64,000 nt of DNA from Rhodospirillales bacterium (GTDB lineage Bacteria; Pseudomonadota; Alphaproteobacteria; Acetobacterales; Acetobacteraceae): assembly GCA_037445025.1 (NCBI GenBank), contig JBBILI010000018.1:4705-68704 (forward strand), written 5' to 3'. Below, piece by piece: positions 1 to 8,525 of the stretch (positions are counted from its first letter, which is position 1; the number at the start of each line of letters is the position of its first letter). The position numbers were made by a program, and so were the translations under genes. The notes beneath the pieces are model-generated. The model was not told the DNA's origin and did no database searches. It saw only the letters and a list, made by a program, of their open reading frames with translations.

Positions 1-2
1 GC

Positions 3-752
3 GACCTGCATGCGGCCGCGCTGCGGCAGTCCGGCACCCTGATCGTGCCCGATGCCGGCGCCGAGCCGGCGTTTGAGCACGACGATCTGGTGACCGGCCC
101 CTGGCAGATCCGCTTCTTCGCGAGCCTGCCCCTGCATCTGCGCGCCGGCGGCCGCATCGGCACGCTCTGCCTGCTCGATCCGGCGCCGCGACATCTCGGC
201 GAAACCCAGCTCGCCCCGCTGCAGGACCTCGCCCACATCATCACCGACCAGATCGAACTGCGATTGCAGGCCACGACGGACAGCCTGACCGGCGTCTACA
301 CCCGCCGCTACATCGGCTGCTACCTGGAGCCGGAAGTGGCGCGCTGCCGGCGCCACGGCAACCGGATGAGTGCCATGGCCGTCGAACTGGACGGGCTCAA
401 GGCCGTCAACACGCAGCTGGGTCCTGCGGCTGGCGACCTGTGGATCCACGCCGTGGTGACTGCGATCCGCGCCTCGCTGCGCTTCTGCGACCTGGTGGCG
501 CGCGTGGGCGGCAAGACGTTCCTGGTCATCCTGCCCGAAACACCGGCCGAAGGCGCAGCACTGGTGGCCGAACGCACCCGCAGCGCCATCGCGGCCCTGC
601 GGCTGCCCTTCGCCGCCACCGCGATCACCGGCACGGCCCGCATCGGCGTGACCACGCTGACCGGACATGACCTTCATGTGGGTGACCTGCTGCGCCGGCT
701 TGATGTGGCGCTTGCCGCGGCGGGGCATAATGAAGTTGTTTTTGAAGCATAG
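3..752 (+). CDS. GAF-GGDEF signalling protein, 5'-truncated by the window edge; GGDEF motif degenerate (GGKTF), RxxD I-site retained
   Basis: The frame is open from nt 3; track ORF 45..752 begins at an internal GTG. GAF-like 'RIGTLCLLDPAPRHL' is followed by 'DSLTGVYTRR...ELDGLKAVNT...RFCDLVARVGGKTFLVILPE', a GGDEF fold with GGKTF where GG[DE]EF is expected. Stop TAG at 750-752. Confidence 0.8.
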   Translation, partial: DLHAAALRQSGTLIVPDAGAEPAFEHDDLVTGPWQIRFFASLPLHLRAGGRIGTLCLLDPAPRHLGETQLAPLQDLAHIITDQIELRLQATTDSLTGVYTRRYIGCYLEPEVARCRRHGNRMSAMAVELDGLKAVNTQLGPAAGDLWIHAVVTAIRASLRFCDLVARVGGKTFLVILPETPAEGAALVAERTRSAIAALRLPFAATAITGTARIGVTTLTGHDLHVGDLLRRLDVALAAAGHNEVVFEA

Positions 753-788
753 AAACTTCTTTTCTGAAGAAAAGAAGCAAAAGACTTT
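731..788. repeat. AT-rich hairpin repeat, type B unit (CTTCTTTTC-TGAA-GAAAAGAAG + tail CAAAAGACTTT) with a degenerate upstream arm overlapping the last codons of the GGDEF gene
   Basis: Perfect 9-bp stem at 756-764/769-777 with loop TGAA. The left part GAAGTTGTTTTTGAAGCATAGAAACTT resembles the GAAGTTTC... left end of the copies at 42793 and 51899. Confidence 0.85.
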
Positions 789-797
789 CAATCGTTT

Positions 798-850
798 GAT
801 ACCAACGGCCTTGATCGATGACTCTTCCATCGATCAAGGCCGTTGGTATC
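798..850. repeat. Perfect 23-bp-stem hairpin of the ATACCAACGG / CCGTTGGTAT family
   Basis: GATACCAACGGCCTTGATCGATG-actcttc-CATCGATCAAGGCCGTTGGTATC. The outer stem is shared with the hairpins at 890-928 and 17603-17638. Confidence 0.85.
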
Positions 851-889
851 GCGCGCCGGGTTGGCCGGCGGCGGCGCGCCAAACCAGGA

Positions 890-928
890 CTCATATCAAC
901 GGTCATTCTTCATGACCGTTGATATGAG
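890..928. repeat. 17-bp-stem hairpin, CAACGGTCAT-TCTTC-ATGACCGTTG family
   Basis: CTCATATCAACGGTCAT-tcttc-ATGACCGTTGATATGAG. A near-identical copy, including the 3' flank ATGAGAT(C/A)CGC, lies at 17603-17645. Confidence 0.85.
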
Positions 929-996
929 ATCCGCGTTCTCTGGAACAGACCAACCGGTCCGGACAGGTTTTTTCTCAAAATAGAACTTCATCCACT

Positions 997-1812
997 TCAG
1001 ACCGGCGGAAACCCCAGCACCGCGCGCTCGTCATCGGTCATCCCGCTGGCCTGCCGGCCCCAGCTCACCTGATAACGGATCACCCGCGCCGGCGCGCCCG
1101 CCACCGCCACACATTCCCCCACCACGCCCTTGACCAGCGACATCGCCCCCACAATCGACCCCGCGCCGATCCGCTGACAGTTCAGCAGCAGCGCGTTCTG
1201 GCCCAGCCACACATGCCGCTCCAGGATCGTGTCCACCGGCGGCCGGTTGATCCGCTCGCCCGACCGCAGATCGTGCACCGCATGCATGTCGTGATTGCGG
1301 ATCCAGATGCCCGAGGAGATCAGCGCATCATCGCCGATCACCACACAGCGATCCTCGCCCTCGATCTCGATGTTGCAGCCAACCGCCGTCGCACCGGCGC
1401 CCCACAGCAGAACCTGGCGGTTGGAGCGCATGAACACATCGTGCAGGCTGATATAGCCGTCGTCCAGCCGGTCGAACACCACCGCACCGTCCGATCCCAG
1501 AAGCCGGATATTGGCATGGAGGTTGCCGCCGGCAGCGCGGTTGTCGAACACCAGGCAGTTGCCGGCGCCGCCCACCTCGATGCGCACCTGCCCCACCGGC
1601 CGGTCCGGATCGGCCACGATAACGGTCACATCGGGGTGCCCGGTCAAATGAATGCCAACCCCCTGCAACTCAGGGTCTGCCGCGCCGTAGATGGTCATCG
1701 GCAGGTTCTGCAGCCCGTCAGGGGTCAGCGAGGTGACCCTTTGGTCCAGCAGCGTGGCCAGCCGTGCCTCGGCGGCGGAACTCAAACCTGGCAGGGAGAT
1801 GGTCTGCGTCAT
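997..1812 (-). CDS. Left-handed beta-helix (hexapeptide-repeat) acyl/acetyltransferase-like protein
   Basis: 271-aa ORF. The C-terminal half has hexapeptide-like periodicity (IGDDALISSGIWI...LGQNALLLNCQRIGAGSIVGAMSLV). It is divergent from the rfb operon. The specific function is not recognisable. Confidence 0.6.
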   Translation of the reverse strand: MTQTISLPGLSSAAEARLATLLDQRVTSLTPDGLQNLPMTIYGAADPELQGVGIHLTGHPDVTVIVADPDRPVGQVRIEVGGAGNCLVFDNRAAGGNLHANIRLLGSDGAVVFDRLDDGYISLHDVFMRSNRQVLLWGAGATAVGCNIEIEGEDRCVVIGDDALISSGIWIRNHDMHAVHDLRSGERINRPPVDTILERHVWLGQNALLLNCQRIGAGSIVGAMSLVKGVVGECVAVAGAPARVIRYQVSWGRQASGMTDDERAVLGFPPV

Positions 1813-2047
1813 CTTGCACTTTCAAAACAACCGGTCCCGTTTCGATCACCGGCCGCACCGTGTCCTCGATTGCATCGCGTGTGCTATACGAACGCGCCGC
1901 GCGCAAGGGCGTGACATCCGCGTGGGCCCTGCCGGTATTGCAGTCACCCGCACGCAAGTGTCATGAGAGGCCGCGGGACCGGCGGATTGATTGGCGGCAC
2001 ATCCGGTGGCATCAGTCGACTGTTTGCCAAAACACACCGAGGGATCA

Positions 2048-3112
2048 ATGCGAATCATTGTTACAGGCGGCTGCGGCTTCATCGGATCCGCCGTGGTGCG
2101 CCACATGATCCGCACCACGGATCACACGGTCATCAACATCGACAAGATGACCTATGCCGCCTCCGAGGATGCGCTGGAAAAGGCCCGCACCCACCAGCGC
2201 CACTCGCTGGTCCGTGCCGACATCGCCGATCACGATGCGATGGCGGCGGCGTTCGCGACCTACCAGCCGGATGCGGTGATGCATCTCGCCGCCGAAACCC
2301 ATGTCGACCGCTCGATCGACGGGCCGGGCCCGTTCATCCATTCCAACGTCGTCGGCACCTACACCCTGCTCGATGTCGCGCGCGCCTACTGGTCAGCCCT
2401 GCCGGCGGACCGCCGCGCCGCGTTCCGCTTCCACCACGTCTCGACCGATGAGGTGTTCGGCGCCCTCGGCCCCAACGACCCGCCGTTCACCGAGACCACC
2501 GCCTACGACCCGCGCAGCCCCTACTCCGCCAGCAAGGCGGCGTCCGACCATCTGGTGCGCGCCTGGCACCACACCTATGGGCTGCCCACCATCGTCAGCA
2601 ACACCGCCAACAACTACGGCCTGTGGCAGTTCCCGGAGAAGCTGATCCCGCTGGTCACGCTCAACGCGCTGGAAGGCAAGACCCTGCCGGTCTATGGCGA
2701 CGGCTCCAACAAGCGCGACTGGCTCTATGTCGATGACCACGCCGTGGCGCTGACCAAGGTGGTGGAGCACGGCGAGATCGGCGCCACCTACTGCATCTCG
2801 GCGCGCCAGCCGCGCACCAACCTGCAGGTGGTGCTCGCCATCTGCGCCGCCCTCGATGCCCGCGTGCCCGATCCGGAAGGCCCGCGCACCCGTCTCATCC
2901 GCTTCGTCACCGACCGGCCCGGCCATGATTTCCGCTACGAGATCGACCCCAGCCGCAGCGAGGCGGCGCTGGACTGGAAGGCCCCGAACGACTTCGAAAC
3001 CGGCCTCGGCAAGACCATCGACTGGTATCTCGCCAACCGCACCTGGTGGGAAGGCATACGCGCCGCCAAATACGCCGGCGAGCGTCTTGGCCAGTCGAAG
3101 GACGCGGCATAA
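2048..3112 (+). CDS. rfbB: dTDP-glucose 4,6-dehydratase
   Basis: [19 protein letters not shown] Rossmann N-terminus, [10 protein letters not shown] catalytic motif, GAGGGA RBS before ATG 2048. The stop overlaps the rfbA start (TAATG). Confidence 0.93.
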   Translation: MRIIVTGGCGFIGSAVVRHMIRTTDHTVINIDKMTYAASEDALEKARTHQRHSLVRADIADHDAMAAAFATYQPDAVMHLAAETHVDRSIDGPGPFIHSNVVGTYTLLDVARAYWSALPADRRAAFRFHHVSTDEVFGALGPNDPPFTETTAYDPRSPYSASKAASDHLVRAWHHTYGLPTIVSNTANNYGLWQFPEKLIPLVTLNALEGKTLPVYGDGSNKRDWLYVDDHAVALTKVVEHGEIGATYCISARQPRTNLQVVLAICAALDARVPDPEGPRTRLIRFVTDRPGHDFRYEIDPSRSEAALDWKAPNDFETGLGKTIDWYLANRTWWEGIRAAKYAGERLGQSKDAA

Positions 3113-3987
3113 TGAAGGGCATCATCCTGGCCGGCGGCTCGGGCACGCGCCTGCACCCGATGACGCTGGCGGCCAGCAAGCAGCTGCTGCCGGTCTATGA
3201 CAAGCCGATGATCTACTACCCGCTCTCGGTGCTGATGCTGGCCGGGATCAAGGACATCCTGATCATCTCCACCCCCGCCGATCTGCCGCAGTTCCGCCGC
3301 CTGCTCGGCGACGGCGCGCGTCTGGGCGTGACCTTCACCTACGCCGAGCAGCCCCGCCCCGAGGGCCTGGCCCAGGCCTTCCATATCGGCCGCGACTGGC
3401 TGGCCGGCGAGGCCTGCGCGCTGGCGCTCGGCGACAACCTCATCTTCGGCGACCATCTGTCGGTGATGATGCAGGGCGCCGCCAAGCGCGAGGAAGGTGC
3501 CACCGTGTTCGCCTACCAGGTGGCCGACCCCGAGCGCTACGGCGTGGTGTCGATGGACGCCTCCGGCCGCGCGCTCGAAATCATCGAGAAGCCGGCCGCT
3601 CCCGCGTCCAACTGGGCGGTGATCGGCCTGTATTTCTACGACAAGGACGTCACCGAGATGGCCGCCGCCGTGCAGCCCTCGCCGCGCGGCGAGCTCGAGA
3701 TCACCGATCTCAACCGCATGTACATGGAAGCCGGCAAGCTGCAGGTGCAGAAGCTCGGCCGCGGCTGCGCCTGGCTCGATGCCGGCACGCCGGACAGCCT
3801 GATGCAGGCCGGCACCTTCGTGCAGACCATCCAGTCCCGCCAGGGCATGCTGGTCGGCTGCCCCGAGGAGGTGGCCTTCCGCATGGGCTTCATCGACGCC
3901 CCCACCCTGCGCGGCCACGCCAGGGCGCTGGGCAAGACCGAGCTCGGCCGGGTGCTGATGCAGATTGCGGACGGACAGCACACATGA
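3112..3987 (+). CDS. rfbA: Glucose-1-phosphate thymidylyltransferase
   Basis: [18 protein letters not shown]...[17 protein letters not shown], the hallmark RmlA N-terminus. Confidence 0.95.
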   Translation: MKGIILAGGSGTRLHPMTLAASKQLLPVYDKPMIYYPLSVLMLAGIKDILIISTPADLPQFRRLLGDGARLGVTFTYAEQPRPEGLAQAFHIGRDWLAGEACALALGDNLIFGDHLSVMMQGAAKREEGATVFAYQVADPERYGVVSMDASGRALEIIEKPAAPASNWAVIGLYFYDKDVTEMAAAVQPSPRGELEITDLNRMYMEAGKLQVQKLGRGCAWLDAGTPDSLMQAGTFVQTIQSRQGMLVGCPEEVAFRMGFIDAPTLRGHARALGKTELGRVLMQIADGQHT

Positions 3988-4535
3988 AGATCGAACGCCT
4001 CGCCATTCCGGACGTCATCCTCGTCACGCCGCCGCGCTTCGCCGACAGCCGTGGCTATTTCTTCGAGGCCTACAACGCGCCGCGCTTCAAGGCCGCCGGC
4101 ATCGAGGTGGATTTCATCCAGGACAACCAGAGCCGCTCGAAGAAGGGCGTCGTGCGCGGTCTGCACTGTCAGATCGCCCCCAACGTGCAGGGCAAGCTGG
4201 TGCGCTGCCTGCACGGCGCCATCTGGGACGTCGCGGTCGACATCCGGAGGGGCTCGCCCACCTACGGCCAGCACGTCTCGGCCCTCCTCAGCGCCGAGAA
4301 CGGCGCGCAGCTCTGGGTGCCCGGCGGCTTCCTGCACGGGTTCATGGCACTCGAGGACGACACCGACGTGATGTACAAGGTGAACGCCCCCTATGACCGC
4401 GCCGCCGAACGCGGCGTGATGTGGAACGACCCGGACCTCGCCCTGCCCTGGCCCGAGACCACCACGCCGATCGTCTCCGACAAGGACCAGGAACTGCCCC
4501 GCCTGCGGGACTGCGACACCGGGTACACGCTGTGA
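3984..4535 (+). CDS. rfbC: dTDP-4-dehydrorhamnose 3,5-epimerase
   Basis: ATGA overlap with rfbA; '[13 protein letters not shown]...GVVRGLHCQ...[18 protein letters not shown]' RmlC cupin motifs. Confidence 0.95.
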   Translation: MKIERLAIPDVILVTPPRFADSRGYFFEAYNAPRFKAAGIEVDFIQDNQSRSKKGVVRGLHCQIAPNVQGKLVRCLHGAIWDVAVDIRRGSPTYGQHVSALLSAENGAQLWVPGGFLHGFMALEDDTDVMYKVNAPYDRAAERGVMWNDPDLALPWPETTTPIVSDKDQELPRLRDCDTGYTL

Positions 4536-5425
4536 CCGGCCCGATCCTCATCACCGGCGGCTCGGGCCAGCTGGCCCGGTCGCTGGAATCCCACGCGGGC
4601 GCGCGCAATGTGCTGCGGATCGGCCGACCTGACCTGGATTTCGACGCGCTCGACGCCATTCCCGCCACCCTCGCGCGGATCGCGCCCAGCCTGATCATCA
4701 ACGCCGCCGCCTACACCGCGGTCGACAAGGCCGAAACCGATGTGGAGGCCGCCGACCGCGCCAACCATCTGGGCCCCGAGATCCTGGCACAGCACTGCGC
4801 CGCCCGGGGCATCGCGCTGATCCATGTCTCGACCGACTATGTCTTCGACGGCGCCAAGGGCGCGCCCTATGTCGAGACCGACACGCCGAACCCCACCGGC
4901 GTCTACGGCAGCACCAAGCTCGCTGGCGAGGCCGCGGTGCTCGCCGCATGTCCGCAGGCTGTGGTGCTGCGGACGTCCTGGGTCTACGCGCCGGAGGGCA
5001 AGAACTTCGTGCTCACCATGCTCGGGGCCGCCAAGCGGTTCCCTCGCTTGCGCGTGGTGGCCGACCAGCTGGGCTGCCCGACCAACGCCGAGGATCTCGC
5101 CCGCGCCATCCTGGCCATCTCTGACCAGATCCTGGCCGGCTGGAAGCCGGACTTTCGCGGCGTGTTCCACGCCGCCGGCACCGGCGAGACGAGCTGGCAC
5201 GGCTTCGCCGCGCAGATCTTCACCGAGGCCGCGAAATACGATCACCCGGCCCCGCCGGTCGATGCCATCACCACCGCCGACTGGCCGACACCCGCGAAAC
5301 GCCCGGCCGATTCTCGCCTGAACTGCGACAGGCTGGAAGCAGTGTTCGGCGTGCGCCAGCCGGCCTGGGAGGCCAGCTTGGCCCACGCGATCAGACAGAT
5401 CCTGGCACCCAGCCACACGCCCTGA
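4532..5425 (+). CDS. rfbD: dTDP-4-dehydrorhamnose reductase
   Basis: GTG 4532 overlaps the rfbC stop (GTGA). 'ILITGGSGQLA...INAAAYTAVDKAE...YGSTKLAGE' RmlD motifs. The track ORF start at 4421 lies inside rfbC. Confidence 0.9.
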   Translation: MTGPILITGGSGQLARSLESHAGARNVLRIGRPDLDFDALDAIPATLARIAPSLIINAAAYTAVDKAETDVEAADRANHLGPEILAQHCAARGIALIHVSTDYVFDGAKGAPYVETDTPNPTGVYGSTKLAGEAAVLAACPQAVVLRTSWVYAPEGKNFVLTMLGAAKRFPRLRVVADQLGCPTNAEDLARAILAISDQILAGWKPDFRGVFHAAGTGETSWHGFAAQIFTEAAKYDHPAPPVDAITTADWPTPAKRPADSRLNCDRLEAVFGVRQPAWEASLAHAIRQILAPSHTP

Positions 5426-6065
5426 GGGCTGACTGCATCGCCGGCGGCGGCTCCGCTGTCGCGTGCAGCACCGGCGTGAGTTCCAGCCGGATCGCGCGCG
5501 CCAGCAGGTGCAGCCCGTCGCCGCTGCCATAGAGCGGGTCGCCCAGCATCGGCCATCCCCGATGGGCGCAATGCACCCGCAGCTGGTGCGTCCGTCCGGT
5601 GCGCGGCGTCAGCTCAAGCCAGGTCCGCCCCTGGCCGCGCCCCAGCACCCGCCACTGCGTGACCGAAGCCTGGCCGGCGGGATCGACCGCCATGCGCCAT
5701 CCCGTGCAGTGCTGCCGCTTCAGCAGCGGCGCATCGATCACGCCCGCGGCATCGTCAGGCCCGCCTTCCACCACCGCCCAGTACACTTTGTGCGCCTGCC
5801 CTTCGGCAAACACCGCCTGCGCCGCCAGCAGCGCCGCCTTGCGCAAGGCGACGACGAGGCAGCCCGCGGTGTCGGCATCCAGCCGATGCACCAGCCACGG
5901 CCCGTCCTTGCGGCGGGACAGCCGGGGAAACCAGTCCTCCACGCTCGGCCCGCCGGCCGGCCCGGGATGCACCGCAAGCCCGGCCGGCTTGTTGAGGATG
6001 ACGAAATGCGGGTCGGCGAGCAGGATCGGCAGGTCAGCAACCGCCGAATTCCGAGATTCAGCCAT
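5391..6065 (-). CDS. RluA-family pseudouridine synthase
   Basis: 'FVILNKPAGLAVHPG...LVHRLDADTAGCLVVA...KVYWAVVEG' including the HRLD catalytic-Asp motif. Start taken at MAESRN (ATG 6065). Its 3' end overlaps the rfbD 3' end by 35 nt (convergent genes). Confidence 0.85.
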   Translation of the reverse strand: MAESRNSAVADLPILLADPHFVILNKPAGLAVHPGPAGGPSVEDWFPRLSRRKDGPWLVHRLDADTAGCLVVALRKAALLAAQAVFAEGQAHKVYWAVVEGGPDDAAGVIDAPLLKRQHCTGWRMAVDPAGQASVTQWRVLGRGQGRTWLELTPRTGRTHQLRVHCAHRGWPMLGDPLYGSGDGLHLLARAIRLELTPVLHATAEPPPAMQSALRACGWVPGSV

Positions 6066-6141
6066 GGAATCTGATACCGTCACTACGCTTCGAGCGCATA
6101 AAAAACTTTCCCTCACCGCAGGCCAGGCGTAACATCTCGCC

Positions 6142-6414
6142 GTGATCTTCGAGTGGGACCCCGTCAAGAGCGACGCCACCTTCCACCAGCGCGGTTTCGA
6201 CTTTGCCTTCGCGACAGGGGTTTTCAGCGGCCCTGTCATCGAGGCCATCGACATGAGACGCGACTGTGGAGAGACGCATATTCGCGTGATCGGCCAGTCC
6301 CAAGGCATCACCCTGGTGGTCGTCTATACACCACGCGCCGACGCCAGAAGGATCATTTCGGCGCGGCTGGCCAACCGAAAGGAGTGCGCAAGATGGCTGA
6401 AACTGTCCGGATGA
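6142..6414 (+). CDS. brnT: BrnT-family (DUF497) type II toxin
   Basis: MIFEWDPVKSDATFHQRGFDF...LVVVYTPRADARRIISARLANRKE matches the BrnT/DUF497 signature (FEWD...ISAR.A...E). Confidence 0.85.
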   Translation: MIFEWDPVKSDATFHQRGFDFAFATGVFSGPVIEAIDMRRDCGETHIRVIGQSQGITLVVVYTPRADARRIISARLANRKECARWLKLSG

Positions 6415-6746
6415 CCTTGGCCGAAATCGCCGGTTCCGGCGGCGGACGTGTGGACAAGGCCAGGGTAGCGGCGATCACCGAGCAGCAGATCCGAGACCAC
6501 ATGATCGAGGATGGCGAAAACCCCGAGGCCGCGCTGCCGGCCTATCGCCGTGTGCCGGATGTTCAGGCGATCCGCGAAAAGCTGCATCTGTCGCAGGAAG
6601 CGTTCGCCAGCACGATCGGCGTGCCGGTGGCCACCATCCGCAACTGGGAACAGCACCGCACCGGCATCGTGCCTGCCGCGCGAACGCTGCTGCGAATCCT
6701 CGAGCGCGAGCCGGAAGCGGCGTTGCGGGCCTTGGCGTCGCCATGA
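6393..6746 (+). CDS. Antitoxin partner of BrnT carrying a C-terminal XRE-type HTH (COG2944/YiaG-like)
   Basis: ATG 6393 overlaps the brnT 3' end by 22 nt. 'IREKLHLSQEAFASTIGVPVATIRNWEQHRTGIVPAARTLLRIL' is a typical XRE HTH. Confidence 0.75.
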   Translation: MAETVRMTLAEIAGSGGGRVDKARVAAITEQQIRDHMIEDGENPEAALPAYRRVPDVQAIREKLHLSQEAFASTIGVPVATIRNWEQHRTGIVPAARTLLRILEREPEAALRALASP

Positions 6747-6799
6747 CGGGGCGGTAGCCGGCGGTTGACACCGCCCGCCGCACCCCCCAAGCCCACGTC

Positions 6800-7522
6800 A
6801 TGAAAACCGACACGATCTGCGGCCTCAAGCCCGTCGATGCCTGCTTCACCCGCCGGGCGGACAGCGTGCAGCGCCTGTTCTACCTGCCCGAGATGAAGGC
6901 CGCCGCCGGCCCTTACTGCGCGCGCCTCGCGGCCAGTCGCAAGCCGTACCGCATGGTCGAGGCGCCGGAGCTGGAAAAGATCGCCGGCACGCCGCATCAC
7001 GGCGGCATCGTGGCCGTCGCGAAATCCCGCATCCCCGCCATCTTCGACCCCGTCAACCCGCCCCGCACCCGCGTGCTGCTGGTGCTCGACGGCATCGGCA
7101 ACCCGCACAATCTCGGCGCCATCGCCCGCTCCGCCGCGTTCTTCGGTGTCGAGGCCATCCTGCTCAGCGAAGGCCCGCAGGACGCGATGCCGTCGGATGC
7201 CGCCTACCGCGTCGCCGAAGGCGGGCTCGAATGGCTCGATTTGTTCAAAAGCCGCAACCTGCCCAACGTGCTGGCCGCCATCGAGCCGTATTACCGCACC
7301 GTCGCCACCTCGCTGGGCCGCGACGCGGTGCCGGTGGCCGAGCTCCCGCGTGACCGGCCGATTGCCTTGGTGCTCGGCAACGAGGAAAACGGTGTCTCAC
7401 CCGCCGTGCTCGAAGCCTGCCGCCGCCAGGTGCGCATCGCGGGCACCGGGCGGGTGCAAAGTCTCAACGTGGCCCAGGCAGCCGCCGTGCTGCTCGCCGA
7501 TCTCGCGGGAATCCTTCAATAA
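6800..7522 (+). CDS. TrmH/SpoU-family RNA 2'-O-methyltransferase
   Basis: 'LVLDGIGNPHNLGAIARSAAFFG...LVLGNEENGVS...IAGTGRVQSLNVAQAAAVLL' SpoU motifs 1-3. Confidence 0.88.
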   Translation: MKTDTICGLKPVDACFTRRADSVQRLFYLPEMKAAAGPYCARLAASRKPYRMVEAPELEKIAGTPHHGGIVAVAKSRIPAIFDPVNPPRTRVLLVLDGIGNPHNLGAIARSAAFFGVEAILLSEGPQDAMPSDAAYRVAEGGLEWLDLFKSRNLPNVLAAIEPYYRTVATSLGRDAVPVAELPRDRPIALVLGNEENGVSPAVLEACRRQVRIAGTGRVQSLNVAQAAAVLLADLAGILQ

Positions 7523-8475
7523 TGCGCATCCACGTCCAGAACGGCCCCGATGACGGCGTGTTCGCGGTCACCCCCGCCATGTTCAGCGACACCGGCCACA
7601 CGCTGAGCTTCGGCACCACCCAGGCCGAATTCGACACGGCGATGACCGAGGCCGAGGCGCTCGTCACCTCCGCGGCCCTCGCCAAGACCCTGTTCCCCTG
7701 CGACGCCCCGCAGCTGCGGCTGATCTTCTGCACATCGGCGGGCCTGGACAAGCTCGCCCCGTATGACTTGCTGCCGCCGGGCGCCACCCTGCTCAACAAC
7801 AGCGGCGTGCACGCCGCCCGCGCCGGCGAATACTGCACCATGGCGCTGCTGATGCTGGCCGCCCGGATGCCCGCCATGATCGAAGCCCAGCACGCGCAGC
7901 GCTGGCAGAAGCAGTTCGCCTCCCTGCTGCGCGGCCGCCATCTCGGCGTGCTCGGCGTGGGCGATCTCGGCGCCGCCGCCGCGCGCGCGGCCCGGCATTT
8001 CGGCATGCGCACCACCGGCATCCGCACCCGGCCCGAGCCGCACCCGGATTTCGACCGCATCATCACCCAGGAACAGCTCTATGACTGTCTGCACGACATG
8101 GCGTTCCTGCTGATCGCAGCGCCGCTGACGCCGGCCACCGAGGGGATGATCACCCGCGAACGGCTGGAGGCCCTGCCGCAGGGCGCCTGCGTCATCAACA
8201 TCGGCCGCGGCGCCATCCTCGACCAGGACGCGCTGTGCGACCTGCTGGACACGGGGCATCTCGCCGGCGCCGTGCTCGACGTGTTCGTCCCCGAGCCGAT
8301 CCCCGCCGGTCACCGGCTGTGGACGACGAAGAACCTCATCATCACCCCGCATTGCTCGGTCGACGATCCCGCCCGCTACGCCGCCGACAGCGTGCGCCTG
8401 TTCCTCGACAACGTCGCCGCCTTCGAACAGGGCCAGCCCATGCCCAACCGCTTCGACACGATCCGCGGATATTGA
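7522..8475 (+). CDS. D-isomer-specific 2-hydroxyacid dehydrogenase family protein
   Basis: 'LGVLGVGDLGAAAARAARHFGM' NAD-binding motif; 'INIGRGAILDQDAL...AGAVLDVFVPEP...ITPHCS'. The start overlaps the previous stop (TAATG). Confidence 0.85.
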   Translation: MRIHVQNGPDDGVFAVTPAMFSDTGHTLSFGTTQAEFDTAMTEAEALVTSAALAKTLFPCDAPQLRLIFCTSAGLDKLAPYDLLPPGATLLNNSGVHAARAGEYCTMALLMLAARMPAMIEAQHAQRWQKQFASLLRGRHLGVLGVGDLGAAAARAARHFGMRTTGIRTRPEPHPDFDRIITQEQLYDCLHDMAFLLIAAPLTPATEGMITRERLEALPQGACVINIGRGAILDQDALCDLLDTGHLAGAVLDVFVPEPIPAGHRLWTTKNLIITPHCSVDDPARYAADSVRLFLDNVAAFEQGQPMPNRFDTIRGY

Positions 8476-8525
8476 TCGCTGCCATGCCCCGGGAGCGGCT
8501 TTGTTTTGCCGCCCACCGATGCCAC

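Noticed and set aside
2935-3981. Long antisense or out-of-frame ORFs throughout the track, such as 2935..3981-, 9557..10888-, 11226..12692-, 19872..21572+, 21787..22779-, 25923..27410-, 27122..28408-, 29019..31001-, 31728..33977+, 34095..36443-, 44433..46502-, 52897..55764+ and 57846..59333+.
   Set aside because: Each lies opposite to, or out of frame with, a gene with unmistakable family motifs. Their translations are Arg/Gly/Ala/Pro-rich low-complexity strings typical of stop-poor shadow frames in high-GC DNA. None has a recognisable domain.
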